Shown: piece after piece, positions 1 to 9,585 of the stretch | Position numbering within the stretch: the first letter of the stretch is position 1 | Layout of the letters: the number at the start of each line of letters is the position of its first letter | DNA from: an uncultured Gammaproteobacteria bacterium | GTDB lineage: Bacteria; Patescibacteriota; Microgenomatia; Levybacterales; GWA1-39-11 | DNA: 64,000 bases | NCBI GenBank assembly: GCA_964511305.1 | Contig: CAZEEU010000001.1 | Span: forward strand, 127,214-191,213 | Direction: 5' to 3' | Translations under genes and position numbers: made by a program | Notes under the pieces: generated by a model | The model's database searches: none | What the model was told of the DNA's origin: nothing | What the model saw: the letters and a program-made list of their open reading frames with translations, nothing else

Positions 1-83
1 CCACACAAAAAAAGTCGGATTTCTTTTATGCAGCAAAAAAGCTAGAAATATTATAAAAATGATGTCCTGAATTTTTGGCATAT

Positions 84-1259
84 TTATCTAAGAAAGATTT
101 TAAGAATATTTTTTTTGTCTTTTTCAGTAAGTTCTGGATTGTTGCCAATATACAATCCCCTCTCATGTGCAATCTGAGCGTTCTCCATTTTGAAATTCTT
201 TTCCGCCGTATACTTTTTAAAAAATGGCTGCGCAGTAATATCGCCACCAACAATCGGACGTATCTCAATTTTACCATCACATATGCTTACTAGCTCGTCT
301 CTTAATTTTTGGCTTTTACAAATTATCGGAATTGCAAAATTTGAAAGTAAATCCATATGGTCATAATAAATTGGCAGGTAATAATCTTTTTGTTGATATA
401 TCTTAAGAGCAACTTCAAGAAAGTTCTTGTTTCTTTTTTTTATAATTTCTTCAAGAAATGACAGCTGCACATTTCCAAGAAATCCATTTATTTCAGTGGG
501 TCGTAAGTTGTAACCGAGATCATAAAATGTGTATCTTGAATAAAATGTAGAATTAACCTTATATTTATTCCTCATTTTAGTCTGTTTGGCTACTGAAAGA
601 TTCCTATCCCATCCATGAGCCCTAACAATTCGCAACTGGTGAGCTAAATCTCCATTATCAGTACAAATTGCACCTCCTTCGATTGTTGACATATGATGTC
701 CTACATAAAAAGAGTTTGTGCTCGCAAAACCATAATTTCCTAATTTCATACCTTTATAAACACTCCCCAGCGACTCACAGTTGTCCTCAAGAAGAATTAT
801 TTTTTCTTTTCTGCAAAAGTCATAAATCTTGTCGATGTCATCGCAAAAGCCTAAAGTATTGGTTAAAAAGAGGGCCTTAAGTTTATGTTTTTTTGTAGCT
901 TCAATGAATTTTGCAGAGGAGACATTTAATGTATTAAGTTCTATGTCAATTGGTATAGGCGTTAGTCCAAGCTCAATTATTGGCATTACATTGGTTGACC
1001 AAGTAAGTGCTGAAAAGGCGACGTTATCTCCTTTTCTTAACTTACCAAGATTAAGTAATGCTTGTATAAGTGCTAAGTTTGCAGAACTTCCACTATTAAC
1101 AAATACACAATATTTCCTCTCTTGGAAGTGAGCAAACTTTTTTTCAAATTTTTCACATTCTGCGCCAAAGCTTAATTGCTTGGCGCTTCCTACAAAACTC
1201 TGCAATGCTTTGATAGTTGCCGGTTCTTTATAAAAAGTAGACTTGACGAGCTTTATCAT
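84..1259 (-). CDS. DegT/DnrJ/EryC1/StrS-family PLP/PMP-dependent sugar-modifying enzyme; probable sugar 3-dehydratase (ColD/E1-like) rather than aminotransferase
   Basis: 391-aa ORF with the DegT-fold signature (…FVNSGSSANLAL…, …ILLEDNCESLGS…). At the position of the Schiff-base Lys the sequence reads 'SFYVGHHMSTIEGG'. The paralog at 15984..17144 has 'SFHAIKNMSTGDGG' there, so Lys is replaced by His, as in the PMP-dependent 3-dehydratases ColD and E1. Confidence 0.8.
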   Translation of the reverse strand: MIKLVKSTFYKEPATIKALQSFVGSAKQLSFGAECEKFEKKFAHFQERKYCVFVNSGSSANLALIQALLNLGKLRKGDNVAFSALTWSTNVMPIIELGLTPIPIDIELNTLNVSSAKFIEATKKHKLKALFLTNTLGFCDDIDKIYDFCRKEKIILLEDNCESLGSVYKGMKLGNYGFASTNSFYVGHHMSTIEGGAICTDNGDLAHQLRIVRAHGWDRNLSVAKQTKMRNKYKVNSTFYSRYTFYDLGYNLRPTEINGFLGNVQLSFLEEIIKKRNKNFLEVALKIYQQKDYYLPIYYDHMDLLSNFAIPIICKSQKLRDELVSICDGKIEIRPIVGGDITAQPFFKKYTAEKNFKMENAQIAHERGLYIGNNPELTEKDKKNILKIFLR

Positions 1260-3139
1260 GATTTCCGAATACGAACGTATGGGACAGTAACATAAGCCAA
1301 AAAGATTATGATCGAAATAATACTTATAGGCAACAGCATTTTTATATATTTTTGCGGCTCGTAATACAGTTTTGCTTTAGAGGAATCTGTTGGCAAATCA
1401 AAACTGTTAATTCCTTGGTAGTTGCTTGATTTTATAGCTTTACCATTAATATCTAGGGTCCAATATGGAGAATACGATTCTGAGAATAATAAAGTGCCGT
1501 TTTTACTATCAGCAAAATTTAACTCGTATTCTGTAGCAGTTATATTTTCTGACTTGACTTGTGAAATGCTGTTCAGGATGCTGAATCTATTTCGATATCC
1601 TGTATTTTCAAAAACGGCGATCTTACCAAAATTTTTAACCTTTTTAAGATATTTAATTTTATCTATCTTTTCAATGACATTTAAATAATTCTTCTGTGAA
1701 TATTTATGGTCATCTATAAATATTTCACCCTCACTATCAAAAGGTACAATTACATATTTTATAGAGTATAAATCGAGCTTACCATTCAGATTGGGCAATT
1801 CTTTCAGAATAGTTACTGGATCATTTTTAGAGAATAATTCCCCTCGACCAATTGCAGGACTCACTGTTGAGAAGTACCCATATCGTTGCCACTGGGGAAT
1901 CCATAATGTCCTAAATGACTCTTTCTGATCAATAATGAAATCTGAAAGCTGTTTGTATTCTTTTGGCACCTCTCTCATGCGTGGTATATTTACCTGTCCA
2001 TAAAAAATAAATCGATTCAAAAATATCCAATACATTACAAACAAAACCATAAGAATTTTAAGGCTAATAAATTTCAATTGCTTTTTTGAATGAAAATAAG
2101 AACTTATACAATTGATGCCAGAAGGGATTAATAATGAATAGGCAAAGGCAATAAGCATATAAAACTTTGTAGAATCGCGAAACGCACCAAAACCAGGAAT
2201 ACTATCGTATAAAAATTCATATACTTTTCCGAATGGCTCATTTGTTCCCTTAGCCAAAAATATGCCCACCAACGAAATCAACGTCAATACTATTATCTGA
2301 TTTCTTTCTTTTAGCTTTGCTTTCAATCCAAGCAGTGGAACGAAAGCAAGTATTGGAAGTAATAAAAATTCTGACTTTACAAAAGATACTTTCCCAAAAA
2401 TATTATCAGGCCAATTAGGATGAAGTAGAGATATAGAATTTTCAAGGTGTGCAAAGCTAAAAAAGCTAGCAGATCCAGTAACACCACTGCCTACACTCTT
2501 TTGCGCAAATAAAATAAGTGGCACTATCCAAAATAGGTGACTTAAAAATATAACTCCTATTGCAGTCAGCATCAACATGATTGTATCTTTAACTACAATT
2601 TTTCTTAAAAATATAAAAACAAAGAATAGCAGAAAAAGGCCAACTGCAAAGATACGTGGGTCAAATAGAGTGAGAAGAGACGAAACAAGTCCAAAAGTAA
2701 TCGATCTTCTCAGCGAATATTTTTCAATCGCATTTATAAATGTCAAAACCATAAAAGGAAGCAATGAATATGCAAAAGCTACGCCAAGTTGTCCTCCAAA
2801 AAATATTAAGAGAAAATACGTATTCGTTGAGAAAATGAGTCCAGCAATAATTGCTAGGTAGTTGTTGATAGAAAATATTTTTTTAAATAAATAGAAACCC
2901 CCGAGAAAAGAACTAATAGAGATAGGCAAAATCCATAATAAAATACTAGCCCAAAGCCATCCCATTCCAAGTTGTGAAATTGTTGCAGTAAGATTTAGAT
3001 AGCTTGTAATCCATAGAGTATTTATAGACTGAATTCCCAATCCGCTATTTAAAGATGAATCCCATGAAGATGGAATGCCAACAAATGAGGCTAGGCTGTC
3101 TTGCCAAAAGAATCTCCAGTCTCCTCTTATAATATCCAT
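1256..3139 (-). CDS. Polytopic membrane protein (GT-C-like) with a YfhO-type C-terminal extracytoplasmic domain and C-terminal TM anchor
   Basis: 627-aa ORF with many hydrophobic helices in the N-terminal half. The C-terminus reads '…SYSPYWTLDINGKAIKSSNYQGINSF…' followed by a hydrophobic anchor (LLPISIISIIIFLAYV), the same module seen in the YfhO-like proteins of this window. Its start codon abuts an in-frame TAA that separates it from the 104-aa ORF upstream. Confidence 0.75.
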   Translation of the reverse strand: MDIIRGDWRFFWQDSLASFVGIPSSWDSSLNSGLGIQSINTLWITSYLNLTATISQLGMGWLWASILLWILPISISSFLGGFYLFKKIFSINNYLAIIAGLIFSTNTYFLLIFFGGQLGVAFAYSLLPFMVLTFINAIEKYSLRRSITFGLVSSLLTLFDPRIFAVGLFLLFFVFIFLRKIVVKDTIMLMLTAIGVIFLSHLFWIVPLILFAQKSVGSGVTGSASFFSFAHLENSISLLHPNWPDNIFGKVSFVKSEFLLLPILAFVPLLGLKAKLKERNQIIVLTLISLVGIFLAKGTNEPFGKVYEFLYDSIPGFGAFRDSTKFYMLIAFAYSLLIPSGINCISSYFHSKKQLKFISLKILMVLFVMYWIFLNRFIFYGQVNIPRMREVPKEYKQLSDFIIDQKESFRTLWIPQWQRYGYFSTVSPAIGRGELFSKNDPVTILKELPNLNGKLDLYSIKYVIVPFDSEGEIFIDDHKYSQKNYLNVIEKIDKIKYLKKVKNFGKIAVFENTGYRNRFSILNSISQVKSENITATEYELNFADSKNGTLLFSESYSPYWTLDINGKAIKSSNYQGINSFDLPTDSSKAKLYYEPQKYIKMLLPISIISIIIFLAYVTVPYVRIRKS

Positions 3140-3454
3140 TTATTTGCTTTTAACCTCACGAAGGCATAACACAATGTATAGCACTGTAAGAAAGTATCCT
3201 AATATACTAACTTGCTCTGCATAATAAGTTTTTGAGAATGCAACAAAAAAATAATTAAGACCAAATGATATCAACCCGAAGAGCAGTATTTTCTCAGAAG
3301 AAGGTCTAAATAGAACAAGTGCGCTAATAACAAAGGAGAATAGAACTACCCCATCAAAAAAAGTACTAACAATATTTATATACGGCAATCGAATAAGGAA
3401 AGAAACAATGACTGCAATTAGAATAGATACTATGAATTTAACAACTGTTTTCAT
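3140..3454 (-). CDS. Small 4-TM membrane protein, possibly a GtrA-like polyprenyl-phosphate-sugar flippase component
   Basis: 104 aa with four hydrophobic segments and an 'SFGLNYFF' segment that loosely resembles the GtrA 'SFxxNxxxTF' region. It overlaps the upstream 1111-aa gene by 4 bp (ATGA), and the small-protein-within-GT-C-operon arrangement fits. Family assignment is weak. Confidence 0.5.
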   Translation of the reverse strand: MKTVVKFIVSILIAVIVSFLIRLPYINIVSTFFDGVVLFSFVISALVLFRPSSEKILLFGLISFGLNYFFVAFSKTYYAEQVSILGYFLTVLYIVLCLREVKSK

Positions 3455-6400
3455 TTTGCTTTTTTCTGCCTAGATATAACAAGTATTACAAGTGATGCCA
3501 AAAAAGTAGTTACAGAAATAATGCACCCGTATAAAAATAGTTCTTGAATACGGTATTCAATAGTAAGTTTTGTCGTACCAGAGGGGATGACCCAACCATT
3601 TGCATAACCATTTACTTGTATGTGCTTTGTCCCAGGCTTTGTAGCCCAATTGTCATTATATGACTGACCCATTACAAATATACTTTTCTTATCTTGGTGC
3701 ATTGGACTCATTATGTACTGCGTGTTGCTTCTTTTTACTGGCATAACACTCATACTAGACACGTTATTTTTATTGCTGACGAAAATGATGTCAGGAATTG
3801 CAACTTTACTCATAACTAAATCACTAACTTCTACGTCTGACTTGCCGTAGCCCTCTAAGCTTTCCCTATTACAAATTACTAAATGAAATCCATTATTACC
3901 AGGTGAGGCATATGTTGTTTCATATGAATTAGACTTTAGTTGAGAGGTTAATACGTCAATACTCTGAGCACTCATTACCGACTTTCCCTTAGGAACAAAC
4001 GCAACAAAGAATTTATCATCTACCTCTTTTCGCAAATGATTAAAAGTAACTTTATATATATCGTTTCTTTCGGAAAGCACCGCCTGAGAATAATAACAAC
4101 CATCTTTCATGGCTTTTAGATCTAGGGCTTTATTACCTTCAATCAAATTCTTTTTTTGCTGCTTCAGAACAACTCTATTTTTTCCCTTTTCAAGATTGTG
4201 AGATCCCAAATCGTACCAGCCATTGTATTTGTTAACGACTAGCGTACTTTTACCATCTGCATTTATACCAAGATCTACAGATTCTCCAATTTCAATATTG
4301 TCATTGGGTCGATAATAAACTTGATAAGTATTTTTTTCTGGAGAATTTACCAAAAGTCTTTTCTCTTCCTCGGTGCTTGTTCTCCAGGTTCTTGTGTCAA
4401 TCAAGTTCCAATTTATTTGAAGTGCATTGGCAAGACCCAGAAGCTTTGGCTGATAATTAGGGTACTTCTCAATAATTTGCCTGATAATAACTTGTTGCGT
4501 CCTTATGTAGCTTAGAAGATCAATTAAATTGTCGTTAGTAAAACTGTGTTTTGAATTTATCAATGTAGACGTTAATTCTTCTGAGGTTCCTGTAGCCTCA
4601 TTTATAATTCTTAAAATTATTCTATCCTCCTCAGCACTATCAAGACTTTTTTGAATACCCATAATATCTCTGAGTGTTTTTTGTGAATAAAATATGGATA
4701 ATTCTACAGGCTTTTTCTTAAGTTGAGCTTCCTGCTTTAGCTGCTGATTCTGAATATAAAAATATAAAACAGATCCTTGTGTAATTGTTGGAATATATTG
4801 CAAAGTGTTAATAAATTTCCACTGCAAGTTACAAGTGATGCACATGCTGTCTAAGTAATAATTAGTCGGGGCTAGTCCAATATTTTTGTAAGGCAAATCG
4901 TCCTTAAAGAGAACCTCAGGCTGTGATGCATTGAAATTCGGTAGGGTTACTATTTTTCCAAATGTGTTTGTATCGCCCCCGATATAAGAATACGAATCGC
5001 TGTTTGTAAAATTCCCCTCACTTTGATAAAAATCATATACTTCCCATTTACCAAAAGTTTTAACTTCCCCCAAGTTCTTTGAGCTGAGAGCTGCTTTGAA
5101 CCGATCAGGACTAACCGATGGAGAATTTGGATTATCCCAGACAAAGTCATTTCTAAGAATAAAAGATTGAATGCCCAGTATTTTTGCTAAATTTTGCCAA
5201 CCTTCTTCATTTTTTTCCATCATGCCGTACAACTTCGACAATAAAGCGTCTTCGTCCTTGGACATATAGAGACTGTTATTTAAGATGGGTGAATCAGTTA
5301 ATAAAGTAGTTATAGGCGCAAGACTCCAATAACCCCAAGCGTATTGCTCTACCTTGCCATCCGCATTAGGTGGAGGAAGCATTAACGTTTTTTTATCGCC
5401 TCTTGTTGCACTACCACTCCATTTCCCAAAATCATATATGTACTGTGGCACTTCAACCCTATTTGACTGCTTTCCTTTTATATAGTCGAAAAATGAACCA
5501 TTTAAAAATGGGTAACTATAAAGAACTATTCCACAACAAAAAATTAAGTAAAAAAGATAAGCAGCTTTTGGTTTTTTATGTGCAATTTTTACTGCAACAA
5601 AATTAACAAAAAATCCTAATAAGACTGCGTAGGCAAGCCAGAGTGAAGGGGAGAATTTATAGAAAGGGTTACGAAAGGCAATGAATCCCGGGACGTACTT
5701 CATAAGCATTATGTATAAAGCCCCAAATGGTGGATGAGCACCAGCTACAAAAACAAGACTTACGACAGCAAGAAAAGCAAAAAATAATAGGATTTTACGC
5801 TCCGTTTTTTTCTTGTACAAAAGTAATGTTATGAATGCTGCTACTGGTATTAAAGAACTTATTAAAATCAGAAACGGATTATGCAAGAATACGTTTGCAT
5901 ACGGATGACTTGGATTTTGATACCACTCTGGCACTCCCTGAAGTCTAATTAAATTGCTATATGAACTATTTTCACTTACATATTTAACCCAATCTAAAAT
6001 TCCATCCTGGCCTCCAAAAAAGTCCACTGACTGACTGTAGGAAGTTTTTAAGGAACTTCCAAATGGAATTAACCAATACGAATGCAGCAACACGCTAAAT
6101 AAAAGAACAGTTCCAAAAAGCTTTGACAACATTAAAAGTCTTTTTCCTGATGCCTCTTGAATAAAGTAATATATGACAAACACAAGCAAGGAGATAATAA
6201 CTCCTCCAAAAAGAGGAAGACTGGCAAGTCCGTTCAGAAGAAAAAATATTAACGCTATAAGAATGCCAGTTGTCAGTGTTTTTCTTTTTCCTTCATTCCA
6301 ATCCAAAAGTAGTGCAATCATGAGGGGAAGCGCTGCGTACACTGAAAATTTAGTTCTCTCAGCAACAAACCATCCCTGCAATAAAAAGTGATTTATCATG

Positions 6401-6786
6401 TAGAAAATTGCAACAGGAAGGCTGAAGAATTTTAGCTTTAGCTTGTCCTCTATCTTTGTTGCCAGGTAGTACATCGACAGACCAGGCAGCACGAACCAGA
6501 AAATAAAAGTGATTTTCTGCATAGATTGCAAGCCAAATCCAGCATATGTGACCACTGCTTCAAGTCCGTGAATGAATATTCCGGGAAGTGCGTACGTCTG
6601 ATCATTACCAAACCCGAATCTGACTGTCCATGTATAGAGTCTGTCCAGAAAATGCGGGATAGGAGCCAATGGAAGGCCAGCATCATGCCCTAAAATAACC
6701 TGTGATTGCCCAAACCAAAGCAATGGGATCAAACCCAAAAGAAGAATTATGAGTATCTCTATTCTACGTTGACTGATAAATTTCAT
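3451..6786 (-). CDS. Very large membrane protein: N-terminal ~550-aa multi-TM (GT-C-like) domain, ~500-aa extracytoplasmic domain, C-terminal TM anchor
   Basis: 1111-aa uninterrupted ORF. The N-terminus begins with 'GHDAGLPLAPIPHFLDRL…' and is followed by more than 10 hydrophobic helices. The central and C-terminal region is hydrophilic and β-rich, and the protein ends with a hydrophobic anchor '…GCIISVTTFLASLVILVISRQKKAK'. Confidence 0.8.
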   Translation of the reverse strand: MKFISQRRIEILIILLLGLIPLLWFGQSQVILGHDAGLPLAPIPHFLDRLYTWTVRFGFGNDQTYALPGIFIHGLEAVVTYAGFGLQSMQKITFIFWFVLPGLSMYYLATKIEDKLKLKFFSLPVAIFYMINHFLLQGWFVAERTKFSVYAALPLMIALLLDWNEGKRKTLTTGILIALIFFLLNGLASLPLFGGVIISLLVFVIYYFIQEASGKRLLMLSKLFGTVLLFSVLLHSYWLIPFGSSLKTSYSQSVDFFGGQDGILDWVKYVSENSSYSNLIRLQGVPEWYQNPSHPYANVFLHNPFLILISSLIPVAAFITLLLYKKKTERKILLFFAFLAVVSLVFVAGAHPPFGALYIMLMKYVPGFIAFRNPFYKFSPSLWLAYAVLLGFFVNFVAVKIAHKKPKAAYLFYLIFCCGIVLYSYPFLNGSFFDYIKGKQSNRVEVPQYIYDFGKWSGSATRGDKKTLMLPPPNADGKVEQYAWGYWSLAPITTLLTDSPILNNSLYMSKDEDALLSKLYGMMEKNEEGWQNLAKILGIQSFILRNDFVWDNPNSPSVSPDRFKAALSSKNLGEVKTFGKWEVYDFYQSEGNFTNSDSYSYIGGDTNTFGKIVTLPNFNASQPEVLFKDDLPYKNIGLAPTNYYLDSMCITCNLQWKFINTLQYIPTITQGSVLYFYIQNQQLKQEAQLKKKPVELSIFYSQKTLRDIMGIQKSLDSAEEDRIILRIINEATGTSEELTSTLINSKHSFTNDNLIDLLSYIRTQQVIIRQIIEKYPNYQPKLLGLANALQINWNLIDTRTWRTSTEEEKRLLVNSPEKNTYQVYYRPNDNIEIGESVDLGINADGKSTLVVNKYNGWYDLGSHNLEKGKNRVVLKQQKKNLIEGNKALDLKAMKDGCYYSQAVLSERNDIYKVTFNHLRKEVDDKFFVAFVPKGKSVMSAQSIDVLTSQLKSNSYETTYASPGNNGFHLVICNRESLEGYGKSDVEVSDLVMSKVAIPDIIFVSNKNNVSSMSVMPVKRSNTQYIMSPMHQDKKSIFVMGQSYNDNWATKPGTKHIQVNGYANGWVIPSGTTKLTIEYRIQELFLYGCIISVTTFLASLVILVISRQKKAK

Positions 6787-7457
6787 TTGGTACCAATAAA
6801 ATAAATTGGACTGTTAAGGTATGGGAGAGGAATTGCAAAAGGTATTATGACCTGAAACCTCTTGTTGTATCTGTAAAAAAATGGAATGAGTGTGAATCTG
6901 TGATATTGCACATTCTTAAACCCGACCTTCTTCATGATAGCTACCCATGCTTGAGGATATTTAACATTGATATGTGTAGGGTCACGAAAGTTCCATTTAT
7001 AAGGATAGGGTGTTGAGATAACTGCCTTACCTTTAGCTTCCAATGCTTCATAAATATTTTGAATTCCTTTTTCTGGATTTTCTAAATGCTCCACTACCTC
7101 AAAAGCAATAATGTAATCAAATTTAACAGGTAACGTTATCTTTTTCTGGATATCGATGACACTAAATTTTACATTTGGAGTAAGCTTTTTGGCTTTCTTA
7201 ACCGCGTATTCAGATATATCACTTGCGTAGACATCAAATCCCTTTTCGACCAACAAACTTGAGACCGCACCGATAGAGCACCCTATCTCTAAAATCTTTT
7301 TGCCATTTCCCTTTTTTAGAGGAATATATTCTCCAAGCTTTTCAATCCAAGCAAAGAACCAACGTCGAGATAATTCCAAATCTTCCTTACTAAAATTTCC
7401 AACTGCACTCTTGTACCAACCTTTAAAGTACGTCTCCTCAAATTTATTTTTCGGCAT
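6783..7457 (-). CDS. Class I SAM-dependent methyltransferase
   Basis: 224 aa with motif I 'KILEIGCSIGAVSS', an acidic motif II '…DVYASDIS…' and motif III '…DYIIAFEVVEHL…'. It overlaps the upstream gene by 4 bp. Confidence 0.85.
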   Translation of the reverse strand: MPKNKFEETYFKGWYKSAVGNFSKEDLELSRRWFFAWIEKLGEYIPLKKGNGKKILEIGCSIGAVSSLLVEKGFDVYASDISEYAVKKAKKLTPNVKFSVIDIQKKITLPVKFDYIIAFEVVEHLENPEKGIQNIYEALEAKGKAVISTPYPYKWNFRDPTHINVKYPQAWVAIMKKVGFKNVQYHRFTLIPFFYRYNKRFQVIIPFAIPLPYLNSPIYFIGTK

Positions 7458-7518
7458 ATCTTGATAAGATTATACATAATATTAACCTATTTACTATCTG
7501 TTAATTGTCGAAAATAAG

Positions 7519-9585
7519 TTAATTATTGTAGCGAAGGGTTTTAATAATAAGTTCGATAAATTCATTCTTGCCAAGACTCGCATCGTCTTTGGTACTATTT
7601 TCAAATTCATCTCCAACCGTTTCAATTCGAATATAAGAAGACCCATCGTATTGAGGAACGAAATAAACCGGGTACTTACCAGTAAGTACATATAGACAAG
7701 TGACCGTACCGTAATTCTCGTTAGTAATATTTACGAGTCTCCAATTCTGACCAATCGTTTGTCCGTCGCTATCGGTGAGCGTTTGAACAAAATCGTGAAA
7801 GTATGATTTATTATCCTTTGAGAACATTGCAACACGAATTATCGAACCTTTGGTTAGTTCTATATAGTTAAGCAATCTCGACTGTTCAGAATAGTTAGGG
7901 TCTATTTTAAATGAAAATTTCTCAAGCTCCTCTTTCTTCCAGTTTCTTGTAATGATTCTGTCACCAACCTCGTTCTTATACTCAGGCAAGAAGGTTTCCG
8001 TTATATTTATTAACCTGTTTTCTTTTCCATCCCAAGAATAAGCCTTTATATCCCCTTCACTTATGTTATTTTTTAATCCATCTTTAAATAGATCCTCACG
8101 ATTTAAATAATAACCAAATGATAGATTTTTATCTTTAAAATACCAGCTTTTATTTAATGGGATTTTCTGTAGAGATCTTGTACTAACAAATTGAGGACCA
8201 AGCTCTCCTTTATTAAAGTACTGGATTGCTAGGACCTGCCCAAGGTTAGTTTGGAATGGGGGAATCTGTGCGAATCCATAATAACCTTGATTACTTTCTA
8301 TCAAAAAAACAGTATTGGCGCTTAAGTTTTTTGAATCAGACTGAATTGAATTTATTATTTGTTTGCGCACTATGCCGGTCTGCTCGTAAGGAGTGAGTAT
8401 CTGCTGCAACGTAAAATAACTGGAAATAAGAAAAAGCATTATTACCAAACAATAAATTGCAATGACCTTCCACTTGATGTCTTTTCTTAATTTCGAATGA
8501 ATAAATTTACCAACACCTATAAATATGAAAGACCATGCTACCGAAACCAGGTATAAATATCTTGAATCTATAATTAAAAATTCGATTTTATAAGAGGAAT
8601 AAAGGGATGTTAGAAGTACGATGAAGGCATTAACAAATATCATTGCCATTCCAATAAGAATGATTTTTGACTCACTCCTTCTTCGTTCTTTAAAGCAGAA
8701 AACTGAAATCAATATGGCCATAGCGAAAATGACTATATGTACCGATTCATGAGTTGCCAAGCTAATCTGCTTATTTAGAGTCGAGTAAGACACTAAATCC
8801 TGCAACGCCATGTTTGAGAAGATTTGAATGTAGTTTTGAAAAGTATCCATCCCAATATGTAACTTATTTTGGAATATTTCCCCAGCAACAAAAAACTTTG
8901 GCAATATAAATCTAAAAAGAAAATAAACAATTGCCAAAACAGAGATTGCCTTAATAACTTTTCTGAAAGATCTAGAATCCAAAAGGTAGGTTATGAGTGG
9001 AATTAGAACAAAAAGCACTACTGCATTTTCTTTTATAAGAAGCGCGCCAACAAAGGAACCCAAAGATATAACAATTTGATTTTTTTTCTTTTGAAAACTT
9101 CCAAGAAGAGCCAGCAAAGAAATTAAAATTAGAGAGGTAGACAAAAGGTCATATATAGTAACCATAGGCCACGTTACTGCTTGAAAATGACTTACGTTAA
9201 TCGCCAGAAACAGTGAGGCAAAAAAGGCTAACCCACTACTTACTTTAAGTGCACGACAGAGCTTAAATAATAAAAGGCAGTTTAACGCATGAAGTAACAG
9301 TCCTAGAAGAATATACCAAGTAAAATTAAGCCTAAAGATTAAGATACTTACAAACCAAAGCAGGCTCTGCAAGGGGACGACGTGACCTCCGCCTGAGATC
9401 CAATAAGCATCTACTATGGATTTACTTAATGAATGAAACAGTCCAATTAAAGGATTGGTAACAAGTGGAAAGTATTCAGAAAAGTAGAACCATTCATCCC
9501 CTTGAAAATAAAATGAAAATGCTTTGTGATAGTAAATTAGAATTAGAATCAGAAAAGCAAAGAAAGAAAGTACTATTCTCTTCAT
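7519..9585 (-). CDS. Polytopic membrane protein, GT-C-like, with a C-terminal soluble domain
   Basis: 688 aa. The N-terminal 'FQGDEWFYF' acidic loop motif is followed by ~12 hydrophobic helices. The C-terminal ~280 aa are hydrophilic, with no terminal anchor. Confidence 0.75.
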   Translation of the reverse strand: MKRIVLSFFAFLILILIYYHKAFSFYFQGDEWFYFSEYFPLVTNPLIGLFHSLSKSIVDAYWISGGGHVVPLQSLLWFVSILIFRLNFTWYILLGLLLHALNCLLLFKLCRALKVSSGLAFFASLFLAINVSHFQAVTWPMVTIYDLLSTSLILISLLALLGSFQKKKNQIVISLGSFVGALLIKENAVVLFVLIPLITYLLDSRSFRKVIKAISVLAIVYFLFRFILPKFFVAGEIFQNKLHIGMDTFQNYIQIFSNMALQDLVSYSTLNKQISLATHESVHIVIFAMAILISVFCFKERRRSESKIILIGMAMIFVNAFIVLLTSLYSSYKIEFLIIDSRYLYLVSVAWSFIFIGVGKFIHSKLRKDIKWKVIAIYCLVIMLFLISSYFTLQQILTPYEQTGIVRKQIINSIQSDSKNLSANTVFLIESNQGYYGFAQIPPFQTNLGQVLAIQYFNKGELGPQFVSTRSLQKIPLNKSWYFKDKNLSFGYYLNREDLFKDGLKNNISEGDIKAYSWDGKENRLINITETFLPEYKNEVGDRIITRNWKKEELEKFSFKIDPNYSEQSRLLNYIELTKGSIIRVAMFSKDNKSYFHDFVQTLTDSDGQTIGQNWRLVNITNENYGTVTCLYVLTGKYPVYFVPQYDGSSYIRIETVGDEFENSTKDDASLGKNEFIELIIKTLRYNN

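Noticed and set aside
1-83. Possible rho-independent terminator downstream of the DegT gene at the window start
   Set aside because: Only a weak, imperfect stem ('gcagcaaaaaagc') is present, with no convincing GC-rich hairpin plus U-tract. The region is also truncated by the window edge.
7458-7518. TATAAT -10-like hexamer on the minus strand ~14 nt upstream of the methyltransferase ATG
   Set aside because: A TATAAT-like hexamer is expected by chance in a 61-bp AT-rich spacer. There is no matching -35 at proper spacing, so it is not reported as a feature, although an internal promoter here cannot be excluded.
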